Shown here: positions 35,373 through 43,365 of the stretch, in pieces | Layout: each line of letters starts with the position of its first letter | How positions within the stretch are numbered: position 1 is the stretch's first letter | NCBI GenBank assembly: GCA_947589595.1 | Contig: CANQBV010000001.1 | Span: 810 to 64,809 of the forward strand | Source of the DNA: an uncultured Clostridia bacterium | GTDB lineage: Bacteria > Bacillota > Clostridia > Oscillospirales > SIG627 | Direction of reading: 5' to 3' | Length of the DNA stretch: 64,000 nt | Program-made: the position numbers and the translations under genes | The notes under the pieces: generated by a model | Seen by the model: only the letters and a program-made list of their open reading frames with translations | Databases searched by the model: none | Told to the model about the DNA's origin: nothing

Positions 35373-36082
35373 TTTTGCTGCCGGCAATTGATCTTTACGA
35401 ACAAAAAGCAGTGCGCCTTTTCAAGGGCGATTATCAGAAAATGACCGTCTACAGCGAAAATCCGCTGGCGGTGGCCAAGGATTTGGAAAAGGCCGGAGCA
35501 GAATACCTGCATATGGTGGATTTAGAGGGCGCCAAAGCGGGCGCCACGCCGAATTTAGAGGTCGTACAGGACGTTGCGCAAAAAACGAACTTGAAAATTG
35601 AGATCGGCGGGGGCGTGCGTAGCATGGATGTGATCGAGCGCTATTTGGCATGCGGTGTGGAACGAGTCATTCTCGGTACCGCCGCCGTCACCGACCGCGC
35701 GTTTTTGGAAACCGCCGCCGCGGAATTCCGGGGAAAAATTGCCGTCGGCGCCGACGTCAAGAACGGCAAAATTGCCATTAAAGGCTGGCTGGAGGATTCG
35801 GGCGAAACGACGGATGATTTTCTCGCCCGTATTCAAAAGCTCGGGATCCGCACGGTTATCTGTACCGATATTTCCAGAGACGGCGCCATGCAGGGCGCAA
35901 ATTTAGCGCTCTATCAAAGGCTTTCCCGGACGTATGATTTAAAGCTGATTGCCTCCGGCGGGGTATCGAACCTGGAAGATATCCGCGCGCTGAAAGCAAT
36001 GGGGCTCTACGGCGCCATTATCGGCAAGGCCTATTATACCGGCGCAATCGATCTGAAGGCGGCACTTGAGGTAGCAAAATGA
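35369..36082 (+). CDS. hisA: ProFAR isomerase (1-(5-phosphoribosyl)-5-[(5-phosphoribosylamino)methylideneamino]imidazole-4-carboxamide isomerase)
   Basis: Start at ATG 35369 (MILLPAIDL), an ATGA overlap with the hisH stop; typical HisA sequence. Confidence 0.95.
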   Translation: MILLPAIDLYEQKAVRLFKGDYQKMTVYSENPLAVAKDLEKAGAEYLHMVDLEGAKAGATPNLEVVQDVAQKTNLKIEIGGGVRSMDVIERYLACGVERVILGTAAVTDRAFLETAAAEFRGKIAVGADVKNGKIAIKGWLEDSGETTDDFLARIQKLGIRTVICTDISRDGAMQGANLALYQRLSRTYDLKLIASGGVSNLEDIRALKAMGLYGAIIGKAYYTGAIDLKAALEVAK

Positions 36083-36834
36083 TAACCAAACGAATCATCC
36101 CTTGCCTGGATGTAAAAAACGGGCGCGTGGTGAAGGGCGTCAATTTTGAAGGACTTTCCGACGTTTCTTCGCCTGTGGAGCTGGCGCGCTATTACTCTGA
36201 AAACGGCGCTGATGAACTGGTGTTTTACGACATTACCGCTTCCTTTGAGGGGCGCGCCCTGTTTACCGATATTTTGCGCGAGGTCGCTTCGACGATTTTC
36301 ATTCCGCTCACCGTCGGCGGCGGGATCAATACCGTGGCGGATTTTGACCGGGTGCTCCAATGCGGTGCCGATAAGGTCAGCGTCAATTCCGGGGCGATCC
36401 TAAACCCGCTTTTGATCCGCGAGGCCGCTCAAAAATACGGCAGTCAGTGCGTCGTGCTTTCGGCGGATATCAAGCGTGTAGACGGCGCTTTCCGCGTATT
36501 TGCCAAAGGCGGCCGGGAAAATACCGGCATGGAAGCCATCGAATGGATTCGCCGCGGGGTGGAACTCGGCGCCGGGGAGATCGTCGTGAATTCCATCGAT
36601 ACCGACGGCGTAAAACGCGGCTTTGATCTGGAAATGCTCCAAAGGGTGTGCGAGGCTGTAAAGGTGCCGGTGATCGCTTCGGGCGGCGCCGGATCGAGCG
36701 GCGATTTTATCCGGCTGTTTCAGCAAATTCCCGATATCAGCGCGGGGCTGGCGGCCTCCATTTTTCATTTCGGAGAGGTTTGTATCCCGGACTTAAAAAA
36801 AGAATTGCAAGAAAACCATATTTGTGTGAGGTAA
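36079..36834 (+). CDS. hisF: imidazole glycerol phosphate synthase, cyclase subunit
   Basis: 251 aa, beginning MITKRIIPCLDVKNGRVVKG; typical HisF. Confidence 0.95.
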   Translation: MITKRIIPCLDVKNGRVVKGVNFEGLSDVSSPVELARYYSENGADELVFYDITASFEGRALFTDILREVASTIFIPLTVGGGINTVADFDRVLQCGADKVSVNSGAILNPLLIREAAQKYGSQCVVLSADIKRVDGAFRVFAKGGRENTGMEAIEWIRRGVELGAGEIVVNSIDTDGVKRGFDLEMLQRVCEAVKVPVIASGGAGSSGDFIRLFQQIPDISAGLAASIFHFGEVCIPDLKKELQENHICVR

Positions 36835-36837
36835 AAG

Positions 36838-37488
36838 ATGATCCGTATCGAAGAGCTGAAATTTGATTCCAATGGGCTGATTCCCGCCGTGGTGGTGGAT
36901 GCGATCAGTAAAAAGGTGCTGACCGTGGCCTATATGAACCGGGAAAGCCTCAAGATTTCGATGGAAAAAGGGCTGACCTGCTTTTACAGCCGTTCGCGCG
37001 AATGCCTTTGGCTGAAAGGGGAAACGAGCGGCAATTACCAGCATATTGTTTCCATTACGGCCGATTGCGACGGCGACGCACTGGTCGTTCTGGTAGAAAA
37101 GGACGGCCCCGCCTGTCACACCGGCACGGATTCCTGTTTTATAAAGCCCGTCTGGCAGAGTGAAGAACGGCAGGAATTCAGCCTGGAGGGGCTGTACGAG
37201 CTTTTACAGCAGCGCAACGAGGAGCGTCCCGAGGGCTCCTATACCACCTATCTTTTCGAAAAGGGCATTGATAAAATCCTCAAAAAAGTCGGGGAAGAAT
37301 GCACGGAGGTCATTATTGCCGGCAAAGCCGACGATAAAAAAGAAACGATCTATGAACTGGCGGATCTCGCCTACCACGCCATGGTGCTGATGGTGCAAAT
37401 GGGCATCCGCGTAGAGGACGTGCACAAAGAGCTTGCCTCGCGTCACATCATTGATCACAAAATCAAGCAGGAGAAAATGACAAAATAA
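36838..37488 (+). CDS. hisI: bifunctional phosphoribosyl-AMP cyclohydrolase / phosphoribosyl-ATP pyrophosphatase
   Basis: 216 aa. HisI region (CFYSRSRECLWLKGETSGN, DCDGDAL, ACHTG) followed by HisE region (SYTTYLFEKGIDKILKKVGEE). Confidence 0.93.
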   Translation: MIRIEELKFDSNGLIPAVVVDAISKKVLTVAYMNRESLKISMEKGLTCFYSRSRECLWLKGETSGNYQHIVSITADCDGDALVVLVEKDGPACHTGTDSCFIKPVWQSEERQEFSLEGLYELLQQRNEERPEGSYTTYLFEKGIDKILKKVGEECTEVIIAGKADDKKETIYELADLAYHAMVLMVQMGIRVEDVHKELASRHIIDHKIKQEKMTK

Positions 37489-37507
37489 GTTCCGCTTTCA
37501 AAGCAAA

Positions 37508-37569
37508 ACGTCCACCCGTACGGGTGGACGTTGCTGCAAAAAAAAGGCATCCGTACGGATGCCTTTTTT
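37508..37569. terminator. two tandem GTAC-loop hairpins; the second is a bidirectional terminator between hisIE (+) and tRNA-Arg (-)
   Basis: Hairpin 1: ACGTCCACCC / GGGTGGACGT (37508-37531), no T-run. Hairpin 2: GGCATCC / GGATGCC (37546-37563), flanked by A8 upstream and T6 downstream. Confidence 0.8.
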
Positions 37570-37571
37570 GC

Positions 37572-37648
37572 TGGCCCACCCTAAGAGGCTCGAACTCCCA
37601 ACCTTCAGAATCGGAATCTGATGCTCTATCCAATTGCGCTAAGGGTGG
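37572..37648 (-). tRNA. tRNA-Arg (anticodon CCG), CCA encoded
   Basis: Reverse complement CCACCCTTAGCGCAATTGGATAGAGCATCAGATTCCGATTCTGAAGGTTGGGAGTTCGAGCCTCTTAGGGTGGGCCA gives a 77-nt cloverleaf with anticodon loop TTCCGAT. Caveats: one D-stem mismatch, two G-U pairs in the T-stem, and a C1-G72 pair. Confidence 0.8.
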
Positions 37649-37680
37649 ATAGGAGGGCATCGAAAGATGCCCATGAAAAC

Positions 37681-40215
37681 TTATTCGGTCAGCGAGGGAA
37701 TAATCACCGGGATCATCCACAAAAGCTGATAGACGAGGGTAAAGATCGGTGTGACCTTACTCAATCCGTTGGTGGCAAACAGAAAGGCAACAACGAACGC
37801 GCCGATCAAAAGGGATAAAACCTTAATCCAGGTATTGGTACGGATCAGATGCACCAGCGAATCGCTCAGGACGAAAGTGTGCAGCATATTGGAGATCGTA
37901 GAGCAGCAGGCAATGCCGCTGTCCGATTTTTCCGCCACGGGCGCATCTTTCATGGCGTCGGTGGTTTTGATGATGCCGGCGGGGATTTTGCGGTTCTTTA
38001 AAAGCGCTTTGAACAGATCGCTGTCAATATTCGGGTCGCAGGTCTTCACCGCGGCGCAGATACCGGATTTGTAAAGCGCGTGCAGGGTCTTTTCAAAGCG
38101 GGGACTGAGAGAATAACGAATATAGAATTTCGCGGCCAGGTTTTTACCGATCACCATATACATGATTTTGCCGGCTTTTTCTTCAAAGGCTTCGTCCATT
38201 TCGTCCTTGGTATAGCCGAAATCGTAAGAGAGCAGGTAATCCTTGTTGCCGACGAAAACCTCCGCACCGTCGATTTTGGCACACATTCCGTCCGCCGTGA
38301 TTTCCAGGAAATCGAAATCTTCGGAAATTTCATTCACCACACCGGAAATGGTCTTTTTAAAGACCTGCGAAAGCGGCCCGCCGAGCTTCTGGAAAATCAT
38401 GGCGGCATAGAGAATGGCGCTGTCGATCCGGGTATCGCCATAGGTGCGGATCGTGGTGACTTTCACGCTTCTCGGCGGGAAGATCTCTTTATCCGTAAAG
38501 GATACCAGATCGGCCTGGGCGTAGGCGGAAGCGGCTGCGGGGCTGATAATGGCGCAGTCCTTCTTTTCCGCTTTTTTGGAAAGATGGGCAAACGGCAACG
38601 TAACAGAAAAAATCCCGGAAAGCGGCAGCGTCATCATGGCCATGACCACAAAACGCTCGATCGCCCCGTTAAGGCCGGTTCCTCTCCAGTAGCTGAATCC
38701 GGCAAAGGCCAGGGAAAGCAGCACGGAAAGCAGGATCAAAACGCCGTAAGAAGTGTTGGGAACAGGCTCTTTGATCTTGGTGAAAAAGTTTTCAATAAAG
38801 TCTGCTTTTTTCACTGTATAAATCGCGGGATCTTCCGGCAGATATTCCCGGAAAGAATCCATTTCCGCACTGTCTGTCGGTACTGTTTCGGCAACCAGCT
38901 TTGTTTTGCGGGCGGCGCAAATGCGGAAGGTGCGGTAAACGCGCTTGATATCCATGAAGTTTGCCAGGCAGGTGAGAAACGCAAAGAAAACGGCCACCGT
39001 GCCGAACAGCACAAAGCCTTCAAACGGCAGGAAGATCCGCACCAGCGCATGCAAACCGGCAATCAGCATCACCACAAAGGTGAGCGAATTGCGGTCGGCC
39101 TTCCCGCGGAACAAATTGCGGATTCCGCTTCCGAGCGATGGTAAAATGCAGAGCGCGGAAAGAAAAATGAGCTGCAGATCCACCAAAAGATACACCACGC
39201 CGAAACTGCCGTTCGGCTGCAGCAGCAGGGGATGGTAGATCGAGGTGTAGGAGGCGCTTTCCAAATAAAACAGCGCCGCCGCTAAAAGAAACGTCCAGAC
39301 CGAGGAGCAAAGCGCCCGGAACGAACGGAAACGCAGGTGCTCGGCAAATTCATCGTACTGCTCGGGGGAGGTGTATTCCTCCGGCAGCCCGGTGGCTTTC
39401 GGGTCGACCTCGTTGGTGTTTTCGTACGTATCGGTATAGGGATTGTCGATGTCGCCCATTTTCATTTCACTGTTCAAAATGGGCTCTTCCGAAGGGTCGC
39501 TTTCCGGATGAATGGCGGAAAGCGCGTCTTCAATCTTTTTCGGGTCGTATTCGCGCGTGGATTCCTGCGAATCCGGAGGGGCGGGAATTTCCGTCACGTC
39601 GGAGTCTGTTTCCGCTTCGGCCGCCGGCGCTTCTTCGACCGCTTCCTCGGGAGAACGGAAAATTTCCTGAATTTCTTCCTGAGAAGTCGGGTCCGGAGCG
39701 GTCTCTTTCTTTTTCTTCTTTTTTCTTTTATCGCTTTCGCTGCCGAATACCTCCATTAAAAGAGAAGTAACTTCGTCGTACCCCTTTTGGGAGGTGTTCT
39801 GTGAAAGCGAGCCCTTTGAGTGGTTATATACGGCGTCGATTTTGGAAAAGTCAATTTCCTGTATCGAGCCCAGTCCCGGCAAATCCTCTGCTTCGGAATT
39901 TTCTTCTTTGCCGGTGGCCGCCACCGTGGCGAAAGCCGGCTCTTTTTCTTCTTCCTGCACCGGGGCTTCCTTCGACTCTTCCGGCTGAGGGGCAGGGGTT
40001 TCTTCCTTTTGATCCCAATCAGGTTTCGGCACCCAATCGGCGGCTTTTTCGTTAGGAATTTCAACGGTGTCCAGAAAAAGCGGATAATCCGATGCTTTTT
40101 TCTCCTTGTTTTCGGAAGTTTCAGCGGCGTTATTTGCCGGAAGATCCAAAGCTCGCTCTTTGGCTTTGTCGCTTTCCTTTTTGCCTTTTCGAGTGATTCT
40201 GTAAACTGAAGGCAT
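37681..40215 (-). CDS. degenerate P-type (P1B-like) ATPase homologue with a ~290-aa acidic low-complexity N-terminus; predicted catalytically inactive
   Basis: 844 aa, colinear with heavy-metal P-type ATPases but with altered motifs. DKTGT is DKEIF (38479-38493), TGDN is TCDPN (38029-38043), GDGINDAP is TDAMKDAP (37939-37962). I found no TGES actuator motif. Confidence 0.6.
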   Translation of the reverse strand: MPSVYRITRKGKKESDKAKERALDLPANNAAETSENKEKKASDYPLFLDTVEIPNEKAADWVPKPDWDQKEETPAPQPEESKEAPVQEEEKEPAFATVAATGKEENSEAEDLPGLGSIQEIDFSKIDAVYNHSKGSLSQNTSQKGYDEVTSLLMEVFGSESDKRKKKKKKETAPDPTSQEEIQEIFRSPEEAVEEAPAAEAETDSDVTEIPAPPDSQESTREYDPKKIEDALSAIHPESDPSEEPILNSEMKMGDIDNPYTDTYENTNEVDPKATGLPEEYTSPEQYDEFAEHLRFRSFRALCSSVWTFLLAAALFYLESASYTSIYHPLLLQPNGSFGVVYLLVDLQLIFLSALCILPSLGSGIRNLFRGKADRNSLTFVVMLIAGLHALVRIFLPFEGFVLFGTVAVFFAFLTCLANFMDIKRVYRTFRICAARKTKLVAETVPTDSAEMDSFREYLPEDPAIYTVKKADFIENFFTKIKEPVPNTSYGVLILLSVLLSLAFAGFSYWRGTGLNGAIERFVVMAMMTLPLSGIFSVTLPFAHLSKKAEKKDCAIISPAAASAYAQADLVSFTDKEIFPPRSVKVTTIRTYGDTRIDSAILYAAMIFQKLGGPLSQVFKKTISGVVNEISEDFDFLEITADGMCAKIDGAEVFVGNKDYLLSYDFGYTKDEMDEAFEEKAGKIMYMVIGKNLAAKFYIRYSLSPRFEKTLHALYKSGICAAVKTCDPNIDSDLFKALLKNRKIPAGIIKTTDAMKDAPVAEKSDSGIACCSTISNMLHTFVLSDSLVHLIRTNTWIKVLSLLIGAFVVAFLFATNGLSKVTPIFTLVYQLLWMIPVIIPSLTE

Positions 40216-40238
40216 ACGCTTGAAATCCTTTCAAAAAT

Positions 40239-41015
40239 TTATCTCGATTTGATCGCTTCGTACAAAACGACCGCCGCCGCGCAGGAGACGTTTAAAGAAT
40301 TGATCTTCCCGCGCATGGGTAAAGAGAGGATAAAATCGCTTTTTTCTTTTAATAGCCGGGAAACGCCAAAGCCCTCGCTGCCGAGGATCATGGCGATCGG
40401 CCCGTGATAATCCAGTTCGCGGTAGGGAGTACCGCCCGCTTCGCAGGCATAAATCCAAACGCCGCGCTTTTTCAGTTTTTCCACCGTATCGGCTAGGTTT
40501 GAAACCCGGCAGATGGCCATGTGGTTGGCCGCGCCGGCAGACGATTTCATCACCGCGGCGTTCACGCCGCAGGCGCCTGTTTTCGGCAAAATCACGCCGT
40601 GCACGCCGGCGCCTTCGCAGCAGCGGATCAAAGCGCCTAAATTGTGCGGATCCTCCACGCCGTCTGCGATCACGAAAAAGGGATCTTCTCCGCGGCTTTC
40701 GGCGATAGCAAACAAATCCTCCAGCGAAACGTATTCTTTGATCGCGCCGAGCGCCACAACCCCCTGATGCGCCATGCCGCCGGAGAGGGCGCGCAGCTTT
40801 TCTTTATCGGCATAGGCAACGGGAATCTTTTTTTCCTTGGCAAGCGCATAGATTTTTTTGGCGCTGCCCTCTGCGCCCTGCTGAAAATAAATTTTTTCAA
40901 TACCTTTTCCGGAAGCGATCCGCTCCAAAACGGCGTTGCGCCCGGCAATGATCGTTTCCGACTCGGCGGAAAAAGGTTTTTCAGTCGCTTTCGGATCAAA
41001 ACGGTTGGCTTTCAT
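40239..41015 (-). CDS. rlmB: 23S rRNA (guanosine-2'-O)-methyltransferase RlmB (SpoU/TrmH family)
   Basis: 258 aa. N-terminal substrate-binding region IIAGRNAVLERI and SpoU-type C-terminal motifs (DPHNLGALIRC, LGSEGFGVS, SLNVSCAAAVVLYE). Confidence 0.85.
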   Translation of the reverse strand: MKANRFDPKATEKPFSAESETIIAGRNAVLERIASGKGIEKIYFQQGAEGSAKKIYALAKEKKIPVAYADKEKLRALSGGMAHQGVVALGAIKEYVSLEDLFAIAESRGEDPFFVIADGVEDPHNLGALIRCCEGAGVHGVILPKTGACGVNAAVMKSSAGAANHMAICRVSNLADTVEKLKKRGVWIYACEAGGTPYRELDYHGPIAMILGSEGFGVSRLLKEKSDFILSLPMRGKINSLNVSCAAAVVLYEAIKSR

Positions 41016-41259
41016 ATTCCTACTTTACCCACAAAAAACAGGGATTGTAAAAAGATTATATAATACTTTCCCGTAAAAATCAAGTACCGAATCGAAAGTT
41101 GTAAAAATTACGAAAGAGAACCTTGTAAAACATTGTAAGAAAATGAAAATTCTTCCATCTTAATAATCTTTTTGAAAATTTTGAAGAAAAATCTTGCATT
41201 TTTTCCGCATTCTGGTATATGATAGAAAAACAATAAGGAAAAGGGGGAAGAGCTTTTTC

Positions 41260-42066
41260 GTGGAATGGATTCCGATCACAAGTCGCCAGAACCCGCTTAT
41301 CAAAAAGGTAAGCGGCCTGAAAGAAAAGAAAAACCGTACCGCGGAAAATAGTTTCCCTGTAGAAGGCGCCACAATCCTGAAGGAAGCGCTCCAGGCCGGA
41401 AAAGTGCCGGAAGCGGTTTTTGTTTCCGCAGGCAGCGCCGAAAAGCTGGAGCCGCTTTTGCGGGCGTGTTTGCCGGAAGGCTTTTCCGCCCTGTATAAAA
41501 CGGAAGATTTTGTTTTCGAAAAAATCACTTCCGAAAAGGGAAGCGAGGGAATTCTTTCCGTTTTTTCTTATTCCGAGACCGATCTGCCGCTGCCGTTTGA
41601 TAAGGGCGGGTTTTATCTGGCTTTGGAAAACGTGCAGGATCCCGGCAATATCGGCGCCGTTTTACGGAGTGCGGCAGCCTTTGGCTGCGGTGGGGTTTTT
41701 CTGTGCGGCGGCGCCGATCCTTACGGCCCCAAAGCGGTGCGCGCTTCCATGGGAGCGGTTTTCCGGATGCCGGTCCGGTTTTTTGAAACAAGCACGGCCC
41801 TTTTGGCTTTTTTAAAGGAAAACGGCATTTTTTCCGTGGCGGCCACGCTTTCGTCGCAAGCGGTAAGCATAAAGGAAATTCAATTTCCGGATCCGGTTTG
41901 TGTCTGGATCGGCAACGAAGGGCAGGGCCTTTCGGAAAGCGCCGTGGCGGGCGCGGATTCGCTTTGCATTATCCCCATTGAAAACATGGAAAGTCTCAAC
42001 GCGGCGGCCGCGGCGGCAATCTTTCTGTGGGAATTAAAGAAGAAAACAGGAGAGCGAAATGGATAA
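41260..42066 (+). CDS. TrmH/SpoU-family RNA 2'-O-methyltransferase
   Basis: Motifs QDPGNIGAVLRSAAAFG, IGNEGQGLS and SLNAAAAAAIFLWE. I favour the GTG start at 41260 (purine-rich RBS at 41236-41248) over the track ATG at 41194. Confidence 0.75.
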   Translation: MEWIPITSRQNPLIKKVSGLKEKKNRTAENSFPVEGATILKEALQAGKVPEAVFVSAGSAEKLEPLLRACLPEGFSALYKTEDFVFEKITSEKGSEGILSVFSYSETDLPLPFDKGGFYLALENVQDPGNIGAVLRSAAAFGCGGVFLCGGADPYGPKAVRASMGAVFRMPVRFFETSTALLAFLKENGIFSVAATLSSQAVSIKEIQFPDPVCVWIGNEGQGLSESAVAGADSLCIIPIENMESLNAAAAAAIFLWELKKKTGERNG

Positions 42067-43351
42067 CGATCGTTTGCTGTACTGGATCTGGCTTTCTCTG
42101 GCCTGCAAGGTCGGTTCGGTTTTGCCGTCCACGCTTTTAAAGTATTTCTCCTCGCCCGAAAAAATATATCAGGCCACCGAAGACGATTTCAAAGAAGTGG
42201 CAACGCCCTTTTACGACCATGAAAAAGCGCTTTGCAACAAGGATCTCGGTAAAGCGGAAAGCATTCTGCGCTATTGCCGCAAAAACAAGATCCAGATCAT
42301 GACGCCGGACGATTTCTTTTATCCCGAAAAATTTCGCGTGCTGCCCAATAAACCGATCGTTTTGTATTATCTCGGGAATTTCTGTGATTTTGATAATTCC
42401 TTTGTCGCCGGTGTGGTCGGTGCGCGGGAACCGTCCGAATACGGGATTCACGTTACCAAACGCATTGCCTATGACCTGGCGCGCGGCGGCGCGGTGATCT
42501 GCTCGGGCATGGCCAAAGGGGTCGACGCGGCCGCTCACAAAGCCGCGCTGTATGCCGAAACCTTTACAGTCGGGCTGCTGGGCTGCGGGATCGACAGGGT
42601 TTATCCCAAAGAAAACGCCGCTCTTTATGAAGAGGTGATCCGCAAGGGGCTTCTGATCACGGAATACCCGCCCGGCTCCCCGCCGAACGGCTATCATTTT
42701 CCAATCCGGAACCGACTGATCTCTGCGCTGTCCGACGTGGTGGCGGTAACGGAGGCCTCGGCGGGAAGCGGCGCGCTCATTACCGCCGAGTATGCGATCA
42801 AGCAAAAGAAGGCGCTCTACAGCGTGCCGGGCTCTATTTTCTCACCGCAGGCGGAAGGATCGAATTTCCTTTTGAATATCGGTGCAAAGCCCTTGCTTTC
42901 GGCGGTTGCAGTGCTCGACGTATTCCAGAAAAAGTTCCCGCAGCTAAAGGGCGGCGTGGAATTTTTCGGAAAAGAAAAGGCAGAGAACAAGCCGAAGAAA
43001 AAAGCGCCGGAAATCAAAAAGAAAATCGGCAAATTTGTTTTTGCCGGTTCCCAGCGCGGCGAAGAGAAGGAACCCATTCCGCCGCAGTTTGAATTTGTGG
43101 ATCTTTCCAAAGCGGCGGAAACCGAGGCAAGCCCGAAAAAGGAGAAGGAGATCCCGCTGATTTCACTCTCCGAGGCGGAACGGAAACTGTATATCCGCCT
43201 TTCTTTCGAAGCGGTTTCACCGGAAACGCTGGTAGAGGAAGACGAAAGCGTTTCCGAAATTCTGCAGCTGCTTACCAAATTGGAAATGAAAGGCCTTGTC
43301 CGTAAAATGCCGGGAGGAAAATTCATCCTCACCGACCGGGCAGAGCAATGA
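42059..43351 (+). CDS. dprA: DNA-processing protein DprA (Smf)
   Basis: 430 aa. Rossmann-like DprA core (VGAREPSEYG, SGMAKGVDAAAH, GCGIDRVYPKEN, FPIRNRLISALS); a Lys/Glu-rich linker and a C-terminal winged-helix-like end; upstream of topA, as usual. Confidence 0.9.
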   Translation: MDNDRLLYWIWLSLACKVGSVLPSTLLKYFSSPEKIYQATEDDFKEVATPFYDHEKALCNKDLGKAESILRYCRKNKIQIMTPDDFFYPEKFRVLPNKPIVLYYLGNFCDFDNSFVAGVVGAREPSEYGIHVTKRIAYDLARGGAVICSGMAKGVDAAAHKAALYAETFTVGLLGCGIDRVYPKENAALYEEVIRKGLLITEYPPGSPPNGYHFPIRNRLISALSDVVAVTEASAGSGALITAEYAIKQKKALYSVPGSIFSPQAEGSNFLLNIGAKPLLSAVAVLDVFQKKFPQLKGGVEFFGKEKAENKPKKKAPEIKKKIGKFVFAGSQRGEEKEPIPPQFEFVDLSKAAETEASPKKEKEIPLISLSEAERKLYIRLSFEAVSPETLVEEDESVSEILQLLTKLEMKGLVRKMPGGKFILTDRAEQ

Positions 43352-43365
43352 AAGGAATCAAACCA

